A stretch of DNA of 64,000 nucleotides. It comes from Streptosporangiales bacterium (lineage in GTDB: Bacteria > Actinomycetota > Actinomycetes > Streptosporangiales > WHST01). A model generated the notes under the pieces. It searched no databases. It was given only the letters and a program-made list of their open reading frames with translations, and was not told where the DNA came from. The position numbers were made by a program, and so were the translations under genes. Location of the stretch: NCBI GenBank assembly GCA_009379955.1, contig WHST01000013.1, positions 8,941-72,940 of the forward strand, written 5' to 3'. Shown here piece by piece: positions 36,004-44,516 of the stretch (position 1 is its first letter; each line of letters starts with the position of its first letter).

Positions 36004-36954
36004 CCCACACCGTCCGCACACCGGACGGGTGCGCACGCGGTACGACAGGGCGGCGACGCCGAGCCCGATGCCCCACACGAGGTACGCCGGCTCGGCGACC
36101 CAGCCGAACCACGCGGGGAGCCCCGCCATCTCGAGGCCACCCTCCGCGACCATCTGCACCACACCGGTGCCGAAGTAGGTGGTGAGGGCACCGGACACCA
36201 GGAGCGCGGGGACGAGCGACAGCAGCCGCGGCACGCGCCGCCCGCCGAGCACCGGCAACCGGCGCGGCAGCACCTGACCGAACCCGTGCACCAGCGCGAC
36301 GGGCAGCAGCGTCCCCGCCAGCGCGATGCAGACGAGGAACGCGACGACCGATGCCCCGCCCGTGGCGAACCCGTCAGGGACGCTGCGCATGCCCACCGCG
36401 TACTGCGCCGCAAACCGTGTCACGCACCCCGCGACGGCCGCGTACGCCGCGACCACGGCCCACCACGGCGCCGCGACGGCCACCCGCGACCCGCGCGGCA
36501 CGCCCGGCACCCACCGCGTCCTGCCGCACCGCACGCATGCACCGCGCACCTCTCGCAGGTCGGCGCGCGTCACGACCGCGACGAGCACGGCGCCGACCAG
36601 ACAGGCCCCGCGGCTCGCGAACGCCCCCGGATGCACGGCCAGGATGCCGGGGAACAGCAGACCCACCACGTCGAGCAGCAGCAGGACCGGCGCCACCGTC
36701 AACCCCACCGTGGTCACCGCGCCGGCGACCACACGGACCCACCCGAGCCCGCGGGACGTCGACCGCGCGAACGATGCCGCACCCAGCCCCAACGCCAAGG
36801 CACAGAGCGCGACCACGCCCCAGTCCGAGAACACCATGAGGTCGTCCCCCACCGGAGGCAGCTGCGGCCGGTGCCCGAGCGCCCAGTACGTGCGCAGCCC
36901 TCCGTACCCCAGCGCCCACACCACGAGCGCCGCCCGCGCCCACCGTCCTGTCAT
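35836..36954 (-). CDS. hypothetical polytopic membrane protein with two CxxC motifs
   Basis: Track ORF trimmed to the ATG at 36954 after GGAGGAGG. Multiple hydrophobic segments, plus CVRCG and CGRCG motifs. The 3' end overlaps the convergent permease gene by 168 nt, so the true stop and extent are uncertain. Confidence 0.45.
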   Translation of the reverse strand: MTGRWARAALVVWALGYGGLRTYWALGHRPQLPPVGDDLMVFSDWGVVALCALALGLGAASFARSTSRGLGWVRVVAGAVTTVGLTVAPVLLLLDVVGLLFPGILAVHPGAFASRGACLVGAVLVAVVTRADLREVRGACVRCGRTRWVPGVPRGSRVAVAAPWWAVVAAYAAVAGCVTRFAAQYAVGMRSVPDGFATGGASVVAFLVCIALAGTLLPVALVHGFGQVLPRRLPVLGGRRVPRLLSLVPALLVSGALTTYFGTGVVQMVAEGGLEMAGLPAWFGWVAEPAYLVWGIGLGVAALSYRVRTRPVCGRCGLLADRAGEHAGDEAPLQHDVRDHDGRGDDHRGRREQREVGGVLTLEERQAERRGA

Positions 36955-37091
36955 CACCGCCTCCTCCACGCGCCCACCGCGGACGCGTCCATGACGACTC
37001 TCCAGGACGGGCGCACACGCGACCTCCCTCGCACGACCGACCTCCTGTCGGCCGATCGACCGACCCACCACCGGCCGGTTACGTTCGTACC

Positions 37092-37523
37092 GTGACATGG
37101 GAGCCCACCGCGGCAGGGGTGCTGCGCCTGCCCTCCGGCCGGCTCGTCCGTGGCCGCACCCTGCGCCGGCCGCTCCCCGCCGGCCCGCAGCCCGCCTTCG
37201 CGCTCTACCTGTCAGGCCGCCGGCCGCCGCCCGTCGCCTGGGAGAGCCGATGGCTACGCTGGCCCGACTTCCGGCTCCCGTCCGACCGCCCGGCAGCCAT
37301 CGCCGCCCTGCGCGAGACCTGGACCCGCGCCGAGACCGAACGCGTCGAGATCGCCTGCGGCGGCGGCCGCGGACGCACCGGCACCGCGCTGGCCTGCCTG
37401 GCCGTGCTCGACGGAGTACCCCACCACGAGGCCGTCGCCTACGTCCGCGAGCACTACGACCGGCACGCCGTCGAGACACCTTGGCAACGCCGCTTCGTCT
37501 CCCACTTTCAGGTGTCGCCGTAG
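37092..37523 (+). CDS. protein-tyrosine/dual-specificity phosphatase-like protein
   Basis: 143-aa ORF with a GTG start and a CX5R P-loop, IACGGGRGRTGT. Confidence 0.6.
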   Translation: MTWEPTAAGVLRLPSGRLVRGRTLRRPLPAGPQPAFALYLSGRRPPPVAWESRWLRWPDFRLPSDRPAAIAALRETWTRAETERVEIACGGGRGRTGTALACLAVLDGVPHHEAVAYVREHYDRHAVETPWQRRFVSHFQVSP

Positions 37524-37641
37524 TCATGGGTCGTTGGGTGTAGGTACGTCGGGCGGGTGAGGTCCAGGTGACGGTCCGTCTGGGGCTCGTACCGGCCGGG
37601 AGTATGTAATGTGATTCAGCCCCGACTGCTCAGGAGCGGAG

Positions 37642-38450
37642 ATGCCGACAATCGATGCCAACCGGACCACGCTCTACTACGAGATCAGGGGGCGGGGCCG
37701 CCCGTCCTGCTGATCATGGGAGCGACGGGAGACGGCGGCCATTTCGACGCGCTCGCCGACCAGTTGGCCGATGAGTTCATGGTCGTCAGCTATGACCGGC
37801 GCGGCAACGGGCGTAGTTCCGTTCCCGACAATTGGCAGACGACATCGCCAGAGGAGCAGGCCGACGACGCGGCGGCCCTGTTGAACGCGCTCGGGACCGG
37901 TCCTGCGGCGGTCCTCGGTACGAGCGGTGGCGGGAACTTCGCGCTCTGTCTCATGATCCGTCACCCCGGATCGGTGCGCGGCGCAATCCTGCACGAGCCG
38001 GGGTTGTTTGCCTTGGTCGACAACATCGACGCGGTTCCAGCCCCGGTGAGGGCGTTGGTCCAGAAAGCGATGGAAGTCGGCGGGCCGCCCGCTGCGGTGG
38101 AGCAGTTCTGGTGCCACGTGGCCGGGGACGACGGCTGGGACCGGCTCGCACCTGCCCTTCGTGAGCGCCTGCGCGACACCGCCAGCACGTTGTTCGGGAT
38201 CGAGCTGGGGACCTACGAGCTGTACATGCCCGACGGTGAGACGTTGGCCGCCATCGCCGTGCCGGTGCGCCTGATCGTCAGCGAGGACGGTCTTCCCGTC
38301 TTCGCGGAGATCGCCGGCCGTCTCGGCAAGCGTCTTGGCGTGGATGTCGCCACCGTCCCGGGCACGCACGCGACCTATCACGACCACCCTCACGAGCTCG
38401 CGGAGGCCATCCGCCCATTTCTCCGTGAGGTCAGTGGGCTGAGAGTCTAA
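37642..38450 (+). pseudogene. alpha/beta hydrolase interrupted by a 1-nt frameshift near codon 19
   Basis: The ATG at 37642 (after AGGAG) reads MPTIDANRTTLYYEIRGRGRPSC and stops at 37711-37713. The remainder (...GPPVLLIMGATGDGGHF...GTSGGG...) continues in the track ORF frame (37611..38450). The total of 809 nt is one nt short of being in frame. Confidence 0.6.
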
Positions 38451-38505
38451 GAGCGACTGGGGGCACGTTCGGACGAGCAGGATCACATGGTACGTGCTGA
38501 GCTTG

Positions 38506-39070
38506 TCATCTGGCCGGGATCTCAGATGCTCCGACATGGGTATCGAGCCATGCCTTGACCGGCGTCGCCGCGCGCCAGATCGAGCGGACCCTGTCGAGAA
38601 CGTCGGGGGTGTGCATCCAGTCGGCCCTGTCGTTCTCCGCGATGACGGCGGCGCCCTTCCAGCGGAGGAGCTCCGCGCGGGGATGGTCGGCCGGGTATCC
38701 GCGTGGCACGTCTTTCGACGGTGACTCGATTCCGGGCGAGAGCGGGAGTGGCACCGCGGCAAGCGCCCTACGCAGTCGCGGAGACCTCGATGTAGTAGCC
38801 GATGCCGCCGACAGCTCGCGATTCGCTGGTCGCGCCGATCCACAGTTTGTAGGGAGACTTGTCCTTCGAGAACCGCACGTCACGATGTGGGCGGAACATC
38901 CTCAGCGGGCCGAACTCGTCCTCGAGTACGTCGAGCAGGGCTCGCATGGGGTCGCGGACGTTCTGTTCCCATTCGGTCTTGTTCGCGTCCCAGAACGCCT
39001 TCGAATTGTCCTTCTCCAGTTCCTCGAAGAACGAGAACAGTTCGGGTGGGAACCCTCGGCACCCGCTCAT
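38506..39070 (-). pseudogene. DUF2461 (TIGR02453-type) family protein, frameshifted
   Basis: The N-terminal part (38768..39070) contains FFEELEKDNSKAFWDANK...HRDVRFSKDKSPYK...GYYIEVS. The C-terminal part (other frame, 38506..) contains VPRGYPADHPRAELLRWKG. The frames differ by one nt around 38765-38790. Confidence 0.6.
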
Positions 39071-39420
39071 CTTCGGTTCCCTGCTGTAGTCCGGTTGTAG
39101 TCCAGAGCGACGTCGAGCCAGAAGGACAGGCGCGCCTCGGTGTCGATGGACTGCGCGGACACCGATATCCAGCCGGGCCCCATCGACCGGCCGGCTCCCA
39201 TCTCGGCTTGTGTGGCGCCGGGATGTGCGGTCAGCTCGTCGTGCCGTTTGGCTGGAATGCGGACCAGTAGATCGCCCGTTTTCAACGCGCTGACGACCAT
39301 CTTTTCGTTGACCATGAACGACCGTCCGCCGAACATCGCCACCTCGCGGGTCGATGGTTCGTCCGCGAGCAGGGTACGCAGGCGTTCGATCAGCTCGGAT
39401 TGCGGTGTCGTCACCGTCAT
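39067..39420 (-). CDS. TfoX/Sxy N-terminal domain protein
   Basis: Trimmed to the ATG at 39420 (MTVTTPQSELIERL...). Motif REVAMFGGRSFMVNEKM. Confidence 0.65.
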   Translation of the reverse strand: MTVTTPQSELIERLRTLLADEPSTREVAMFGGRSFMVNEKMVVSALKTGDLLVRIPAKRHDELTAHPGATQAEMGAGRSMGPGWISVSAQSIDTEARLSFWLDVALDYNRTTAGNRR

Positions 39421-39427
39421 CACATCC

Positions 39428-39787
39428 TTACGCCTCTGTCGGCGGTCCGAACGAGAGGCGGTCGAACACCAGGACGCTCTCGACGATCTTGCCGTCGCGG
39501 ACGGTGAAACACTCACCGGCGGGCGCGGTCGTGGTCGTGGCGGTCTGCGGGTAGTAGAACAGGGCGACGCGCTCTCGGTCCGCGAAGTCGGCGATATCCG
39601 CCACTCTCGTGAGCATGGGAGCGAAGCCTGCGATGTATTCGCGGTAGGCATCCTTGCCGGTAAGGTCCTCACCCGGGGCACGACAGGTGACGTCAACCGC
39701 AACCAGAGCCATGGCCCCGTCGATGTCACCGCTCGTCCATGCCCGGTGGTATTCCTGAACGATCGCGCGCGTGGAGGTCTGTGTCAT
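39428..39787 (-). CDS. SnoaL-like / NTF2-fold protein
   Basis: Trimmed to the ATG at 39787 after AAGGAG. 119 aa, beginning MTQTSTRAIVQEYHRAWTSGDIDGAMALV. Confidence 0.65.
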   Translation of the reverse strand: MTQTSTRAIVQEYHRAWTSGDIDGAMALVAVDVTCRAPGEDLTGKDAYREYIAGFAPMLTRVADIADFADRERVALFYYPQTATTTTAPAGECFTVRDGKIVESVLVFDRLSFGPPTEA

Positions 39788-39816
39788 GGCGTACTCCTTT
39801 GACTTGGGGCTCAGGC

Positions 39817-40251
39817 TCACCCGTCGACCGGGTGCCAGGGGTCCGGGCCGGGGTCTCCACCGGAGGCGGCGATCCGCAACCGGGGCACGAAGTGCTCCCA
39901 ACCGTCCTTGTGGCCGGCCAGTGCGGTGTCGGGCAGGTTCGAGTGGATCAGTTCGACGCGCGTGCCGTGCTCGATCGCGGTCAGCCGGAACTCGACGGTC
40001 GAGGCTCCAGCCGGGAGGTCCGAGGTTCCCACGATGCCCCACGAAACGACCACGCGGGTGGGCGGTTCGACGTGCAGGTACTCGCCCCTGATCGCATACC
40101 CCGCGATATCGACGGCGAACCCTCCCCCTGGACGCGGGTCGAGGCTGGCGTGCTGGCCCATCCACGCGGTCATGCCGACGTCGGTGGTCAGATACTCGAA
40201 CACCACCTCCGGCGGCGCATCGACCTCGATCGAGGTCTCGTACTCAGCCAT
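39817..40251 (-). CDS. SRPBCC (AHSA1/START-like) family protein
   Basis: 144-aa ORF with SIEVDAPPEVVFEYLT... Overlaps the ArsR gene stop by 8 nt. Confidence 0.8.
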   Translation of the reverse strand: MAEYETSIEVDAPPEVVFEYLTTDVGMTAWMGQHASLDPRPGGGFAVDIAGYAIRGEYLHVEPPTRVVVSWGIVGTSDLPAGASTVEFRLTAIEHGTRVELIHSNLPDTALAGHKDGWEHFVPRLRIAASGGDPGPDPWHPVDG

Positions 40252-40579
40252 GATCGTCTTTCTCGCGTGCTTCGATCGCGGTCTTGAGGGCCGAAAGCTT
40301 CGTCGGCCAGAAGTCGTCCAGATATGACCGCACCGCCGCCAGCCCGTCCGTGTTCACCACGAACAGATGCCGAGTGCCGTCCTTGGTGCGGCTCGCCAAC
40401 TCCGCCGAGTGAAGGACGCCGAGGTGGTGAGAGGTCGTCTGCTGCGACAGGCCGACTTCTTCGGCGATCTGGCCTACGGTGCGCGGCCCGGTCCGCACCA
40501 CGGCCAGGATCGCCCGACGGTTCGAGTCGGCCAGCGCCCGCAGCGCCAGGTCGAGATCGACAGCAGGTTCTGCGTTCAC
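40244..40579 (-). CDS. ArsR/SmtB family transcriptional regulator
   Basis: Start set at the GTG at 40579 after AGAGGA. Winged HTH LADSNRRAILAVVRTGPRTVGQIAEEVGLSQQTTSHHLGVL. Confidence 0.8.
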   Translation of the reverse strand: MNAEPAVDLDLALRALADSNRRAILAVVRTGPRTVGQIAEEVGLSQQTTSHHLGVLHSAELASRTKDGTRHLFVVNTDGLAAVRSYLDDFWPTKLSALKTAIEAREKDDHG

Positions 40580-40843
40580 GACCGTCCTCTCGCTCAGTCT
40601 CAACGACAAGATCAGCCTAACACAAGTCAAGGTTTGTACTTACAGCGATGAGTGTAAGGCCTCGGCGGCGGCGGGCCGGAGAACAGTGGCCCTTGACCAC
40701 CCCGGGGGCCCTGACCATGCTCTGATCACCGCAGCCTTGGAGCGGGGTGCCCTGATTCCCTTACGTGGCAAGGGGAATTCGCGCACAAGCCAGCATCGCA
40801 GACGAGCCAGGCAGCGAGGCAGCGGCCAACAAGAGGCAGCCCG

Positions 40844-43543
40844 TCAGCCCTTCTTAGAAGGCTTCTTGGCCGCCGCCTTCTTCGAGGTCTTCTTAGCCGC
40901 AGTCTTCTTGGCAGCCTTCTTCGCCGTCTTCTTCGCAGCCTTCTTCCGCGGCGCCGGCCCCTTGGCCCTCTTCTCCACGAGCAGGTCGTACGCCCGCTCC
41001 GCGGTGAGGGACTCGGGATCATCCCCCCGCGGGACGGTCACGTTGGTCTCGCCGTCGGTGATGTACGGACCGAACCGGCCGTCCTTGACCACCACGGGCT
41101 TGCCCGTGACGGGGTCGTTGCCGAACTCGCGCAGCGGCGGCGCCGCGGCGTTGCGGCCGCGCCGCTTCGGCTGGGCGAAGATCGCGAGGGCCTCGTCGAG
41201 GGTGACCGTGAAGAGCTTCTCCTCGCTGTCGAGTGAGCGCGAGTCGGTGCCCTTGCGCAGGTACGGGCCGTACCTGCCGTTGAGGGCCGTGATCTCGTCG
41301 CCCTCGGGCGTGGAGCCGACGACGCGGGGCAGCGAGAGCAGCCGCAGCGCGTCGTCGAGGGTCACGGTGTCGGGCGTCATCGAGCTCAGCAACGAGCCGG
41401 TGCGCGGCTTCTCCTTCGCGCCTTCGGGCAGCACCTCGGTGACGTACGGTCCGTACCGGCCGCTCTTGAGGACGATCTCGCGGCCGGTCTCAGGGTCGGT
41501 GCCCAGCTCGCGGCCGCCGTTGCCGGCGCTGATGAGCTCCTCGGCCTTCGCGGCGTCGAGCTCGTCGGGTGGCATCTCGTCGGGGATGTTGGAGCGCTGG
41601 CCATCGCGGTCGAGGTAGGCGCCGTAACGTCCGACGCGGACGACGATGTCGGTGCCCTCGACGGGGAACGAGCTGATCTCGCGCGCGTCGATGTCGCCGA
41701 GATCGGACACCATTTCCTTGAGGCCCTCGACGGTACCGGCGTCGTCGGCCTCGGCGTCACCGAAGTAGAACTTGGTGAGCCAGTCGACCATGCCGGCCTC
41801 GCCGCGCGAGATGTCGTCGAGCACGTCCTCCATCCGTGCGGTGAACGCGTAGTCGACGAGGTTGGCGAAGTGCTCCTCGAGCAGCCGCACCACCGCGAAC
41901 GCGAGCCAGGTGGGCACAAGCGCGGTGCCCTTCTTGAAGACGTAGTCGCGCGCGAGGATCGTCGCGATGATCGAGGCGTACGTCGACGGCCGGCCGATCT
42001 CGCGTTCCTCGAGCTCGCGCACGAGGCTCGCCTCGGTGTAGCGCGCCGGCGGCTTGGTCTGGTGGCCCTCGGCGGCGAGCCCGACGGCCGTGAGCGGGTC
42101 GTTCTCCGCGACGTCGGGCAGCCGGCGCTCGCTGGAGTCGAGCTCGGCGTTCGGGTCGTCGGAGCCCTCGACGTACGCGCGCAGGAACCCGTGGAACGAG
42201 ATGACCTTGCCGGACGCGGAGAACGTGCACCGCTCCCCCGCGCTGCTCGCGCCCTCGGCGCGCACGGACACCGACTGGCCGGTGGCGTCCTTCATCTGCG
42301 AGGCGACCGTGCGCTTCCACACCAGCTCGTAGAGGCGGAACTCGTCGCCGTGCAGACCGGTCTGCGCGGGCGTACGGAAGCTGTCGCCCGCGGGCCTGAT
42401 CGCCTCGTGCGCCTCCTGCGCGTTCTTGACCTTGGACTGGTACCGGCGCGGCTGGTCGGGCACGTACTCCGAGCCGTACAGCTCGGCGGCCTGTGTGCGC
42501 GCCGCCGCGATCGCCTGCTCGGCGAGCGTGACGGAGTCGGTACGCATATAGGTGATGTAGCCGTTCTCGTACAGCCGCTGCGCCACCTGCATGGTGCGCG
42601 CCGGGCTGAAGCCGAGCTTGCGCGCCGCCTCCTGCTGCATGGTCGTGGTGCGGAACGGCGCGTACGGCGAGCGCCGGTACGGCTTGCGCTCGACCGACGC
42701 CACGTGGAAGCGGGCACCGGTCAGCCGCTCCGCGAGTGCACCCGCGGTCTGCTCGTCCAGATGGCGTACGCCGGCGGACTTGAGCTGCCCGCGGCTGTCG
42801 AAGTCGCGTCCCTGCGCGATGCGCTCACCGTCGACCGACGTGAGCGTCGCCTGGAAGGCGTGCAGATCCTCGTCCCTGCCGGTGTCGAACGTCGCCTGCA
42901 GATCCCAGTACGACGCGTCACGGAACGCGATGCGGTCGCGTTCGCGCTCGACGACCAGGCGGACGGCGACCGACTGCACGCGTCCGGCGGACAGTCGCGG
43001 CATGACCTTGCGCCACAGGACGGGCGAGACCTCGTAGCCGAACAGCCGGTCGAGGATGCGCCTGGTCTCCTGGGCGTCGACGAGTCCCTGGTGGATGTCG
43101 CGCGGGTTGTCGATGGCCTCGCGGATGGCGTCCCTGGTGATCTCGTGGAAGACCATCCGGCGCACCGGCACCTTGGGGTTGAGCACCTCGGACAGGTGCC
43201 ACGCGATGGCCTCGCCCTCGCGGTCCTCGTCCGTCGCGAGGTAGAGCTCGTCGGCCGAGGCGAGCGCCTTCTTCAGGCGGGTGACCTGCTGCTTCTTCTG
43301 GCTGCTGACGACGTAGAGCGGCTCGAACGAGTCGTCGACGTTGACGCCGAGACGCGCCCACGCCTCCTTCTTGTACTTCGCCGGGATCTCGGCGGCCGTG
43401 TCGGGCAGGTCGCGGATGTGACCCACACTCGACTCGACGACGTAGCCCTTGCCGAGGTATCCCGCGATCGTCCGTGCTTTGGCTGGCGACTCCACGATGA
43501 CCAGACGCCGGCCGGCGCCATTGGTCTGGCGCGAACTTGCCAC
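40844..43543 (-). CDS. topA: type I DNA topoisomerase with Lys-rich C-terminal tail
   Basis: Start set at the GTG at 43543 after AGGAG. The N-terminus RRLVIVESPAKARTIAGYLG is the Toprim start. 899 aa, with tail KKAAKKTAKKAAKKTAAKKTSKKAAAKKPSKKG. Confidence 0.92.
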   Translation of the reverse strand: MASSRQTNGAGRRLVIVESPAKARTIAGYLGKGYVVESSVGHIRDLPDTAAEIPAKYKKEAWARLGVNVDDSFEPLYVVSSQKKQQVTRLKKALASADELYLATDEDREGEAIAWHLSEVLNPKVPVRRMVFHEITRDAIREAIDNPRDIHQGLVDAQETRRILDRLFGYEVSPVLWRKVMPRLSAGRVQSVAVRLVVERERDRIAFRDASYWDLQATFDTGRDEDLHAFQATLTSVDGERIAQGRDFDSRGQLKSAGVRHLDEQTAGALAERLTGARFHVASVERKPYRRSPYAPFRTTTMQQEAARKLGFSPARTMQVAQRLYENGYITYMRTDSVTLAEQAIAAARTQAAELYGSEYVPDQPRRYQSKVKNAQEAHEAIRPAGDSFRTPAQTGLHGDEFRLYELVWKRTVASQMKDATGQSVSVRAEGASSAGERCTFSASGKVISFHGFLRAYVEGSDDPNAELDSSERRLPDVAENDPLTAVGLAAEGHQTKPPARYTEASLVRELEEREIGRPSTYASIIATILARDYVFKKGTALVPTWLAFAVVRLLEEHFANLVDYAFTARMEDVLDDISRGEAGMVDWLTKFYFGDAEADDAGTVEGLKEMVSDLGDIDAREISSFPVEGTDIVVRVGRYGAYLDRDGQRSNIPDEMPPDELDAAKAEELISAGNGGRELGTDPETGREIVLKSGRYGPYVTEVLPEGAKEKPRTGSLLSSMTPDTVTLDDALRLLSLPRVVGSTPEGDEITALNGRYGPYLRKGTDSRSLDSEEKLFTVTLDEALAIFAQPKRRGRNAAAPPLREFGNDPVTGKPVVVKDGRFGPYITDGETNVTVPRGDDPESLTAERAYDLLVEKRAKGPAPRKKAAKKTAKKAAKKTAAKKTSKKAAAKKPSKKG

Positions 43544-43894
43544 TCTTTCTCCTGTTCTGTCTGCCGTCCCCCTCCGGCCACACGAGACGGTACCTCGGGC
43601 GCGTCGGTACTCGACGCACCGGGGCCCGGATTCCTGGCAACGTTTCGCGGACGGGGGTGTGTTCCATGATGACCCGGCGACAGGCGCGGAGCCCGCGAAA
43701 TGGTCCGGATGGCGAGACGTGGTCGTCCCGCTACACGAGCGGAAGCCAGGGGGTGCCCGTCCAGCGTACTGCCTGGGCCGCGGCAGGTCCCGCCCGCTCC
43801 CGTTACTGTGGACGGCGGACGTGATCAGAGCCACGCGCCCCGGACGAGATGCGCGCCGTACCCGGACGGCCAAGACGACGCGCGGGGAGGATCG

Positions 43895-44155
43895 ATGGCG
43901 CAGGCCGTCCAGATCGTCGGCGCACTGCTCGTGCTCTCCGGGTTCGTCCTGGCACAGCTCGACGTGCTCGACCAGCGCTCGTACACCTATCTCGTGCCCA
44001 ACCTCGCCGGCTCGGCCGCGATGACCGTGACCGGCACGCTCTCCGGGGACTGGGGCTTCGTCTTCCTCGAGGGCGTCTGGGCGATCGTCTCGGTCGTCGG
44101 CATCGTGCAGCGACTGCGCGGAGTCGATCCGAGACGTACGGAGGACGGCTCGTGA
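43895..44155 (+). CDS. small (86 aa) 3-TM membrane protein
   Basis: ATG at 43895 after GGGGAGG. Paralogous to 44262-44516, with shared WGFV.L.GVW.IV. Confidence 0.5.
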   Translation: MAQAVQIVGALLVLSGFVLAQLDVLDQRSYTYLVPNLAGSAAMTVTGTLSGDWGFVFLEGVWAIVSVVGIVQRLRGVDPRRTEDGS

Positions 44156-44265
44156 CTGTGCACCCCGCCGCCCTCCGCCGCTCCGCTCCTCACTCACTGA
44201 CGGCGACCGCCGGACCTGTGGGTTGCGTTCTCGCTGCGATGCTCACTCTGGAGGACGGCTCGTGA
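44152..44265 (+). repeat. MIRU-like 114-nt intergenic mini-ORF repeat, copy 2
   Basis: The GTG at 44152 overlaps the upstream TGA (GTGA). The TGA at 44263-44265 overlaps the downstream GTG (GTGA). It encodes VTVHPAALRRSAPHSLTATAGPVGCVLAAMLTLEDGS. Inverted repeats are GCCGCCCTCC (44167-44176) and GGAGGACGGC (44250-44259). Confidence 0.6.
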
Positions 44266-44516
44266 TTATTGCGCTCGAGTTCGTCGGCGCGCTCGGCATC
44301 CTCGTGCCCTTCGCGCTGTTCCAGCTGGGCAGGACGTCGCAGCACTCGCGGCTCTACCTCTGGCTGAACCTGTTCGGGTCGAGCCTGCTCACCATCGTGG
44401 CAGTACTCCACCACCAGTGGGGCTTCGTGATCCTGCAGGGCGTCTGGACCATCGTGACGACCTGGAGCATCCTCAGGCAGCTCAGGCGCCCCCGTCCGGG
44501 GTCGGAGGAGCGGTAG
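44262..44516 (+). CDS. small (84 aa) 3-TM membrane protein, tandem paralog
   Basis: GTG at 44262 after GGAGGACGG. Begins VIIALEFVGALGILVPFALFQLG... Confidence 0.5.
   Translation: MIIALEFVGALGILVPFALFQLGRTSQHSRLYLWLNLFGSSLLTIVAVLHHQWGFVILQGVWTIVTTWSILRQLRRPRPGSEER

Noticed and set aside
40631-40843. Lower-GC 213-nt ORF-free gap between the ArsR gene and topA, checked for a tRNA or sRNA
   Set aside because: No T-loop (GTTCRANYC) or cloverleaf could be found. Only a weak hairpin (40754-40780) is present, plausibly the topA terminator, plus a CTTACA/TGTAAG dyad (40639-40658) that may be the ArsR operator. The evidence is too weak to call an RNA gene.
43544-44197. N-terminal 218-codon extension of the topA ORF
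   Set aside because: The extension is low-complexity and overlaps the divergent small membrane protein genes. The Toprim N-terminus starts right after the GTG at 43543, which has an AGGAG RBS.
44140-44265. 16-bp direct repeats interpreted as the target-site duplication of a classical transposon
   Set aside because: No transposase or IS-like terminal structure is present. The right-hand repeat is also conserved in copy 1, so it is part of the element. It was kept as a MIRU-like repeat rather than called a mobile element.
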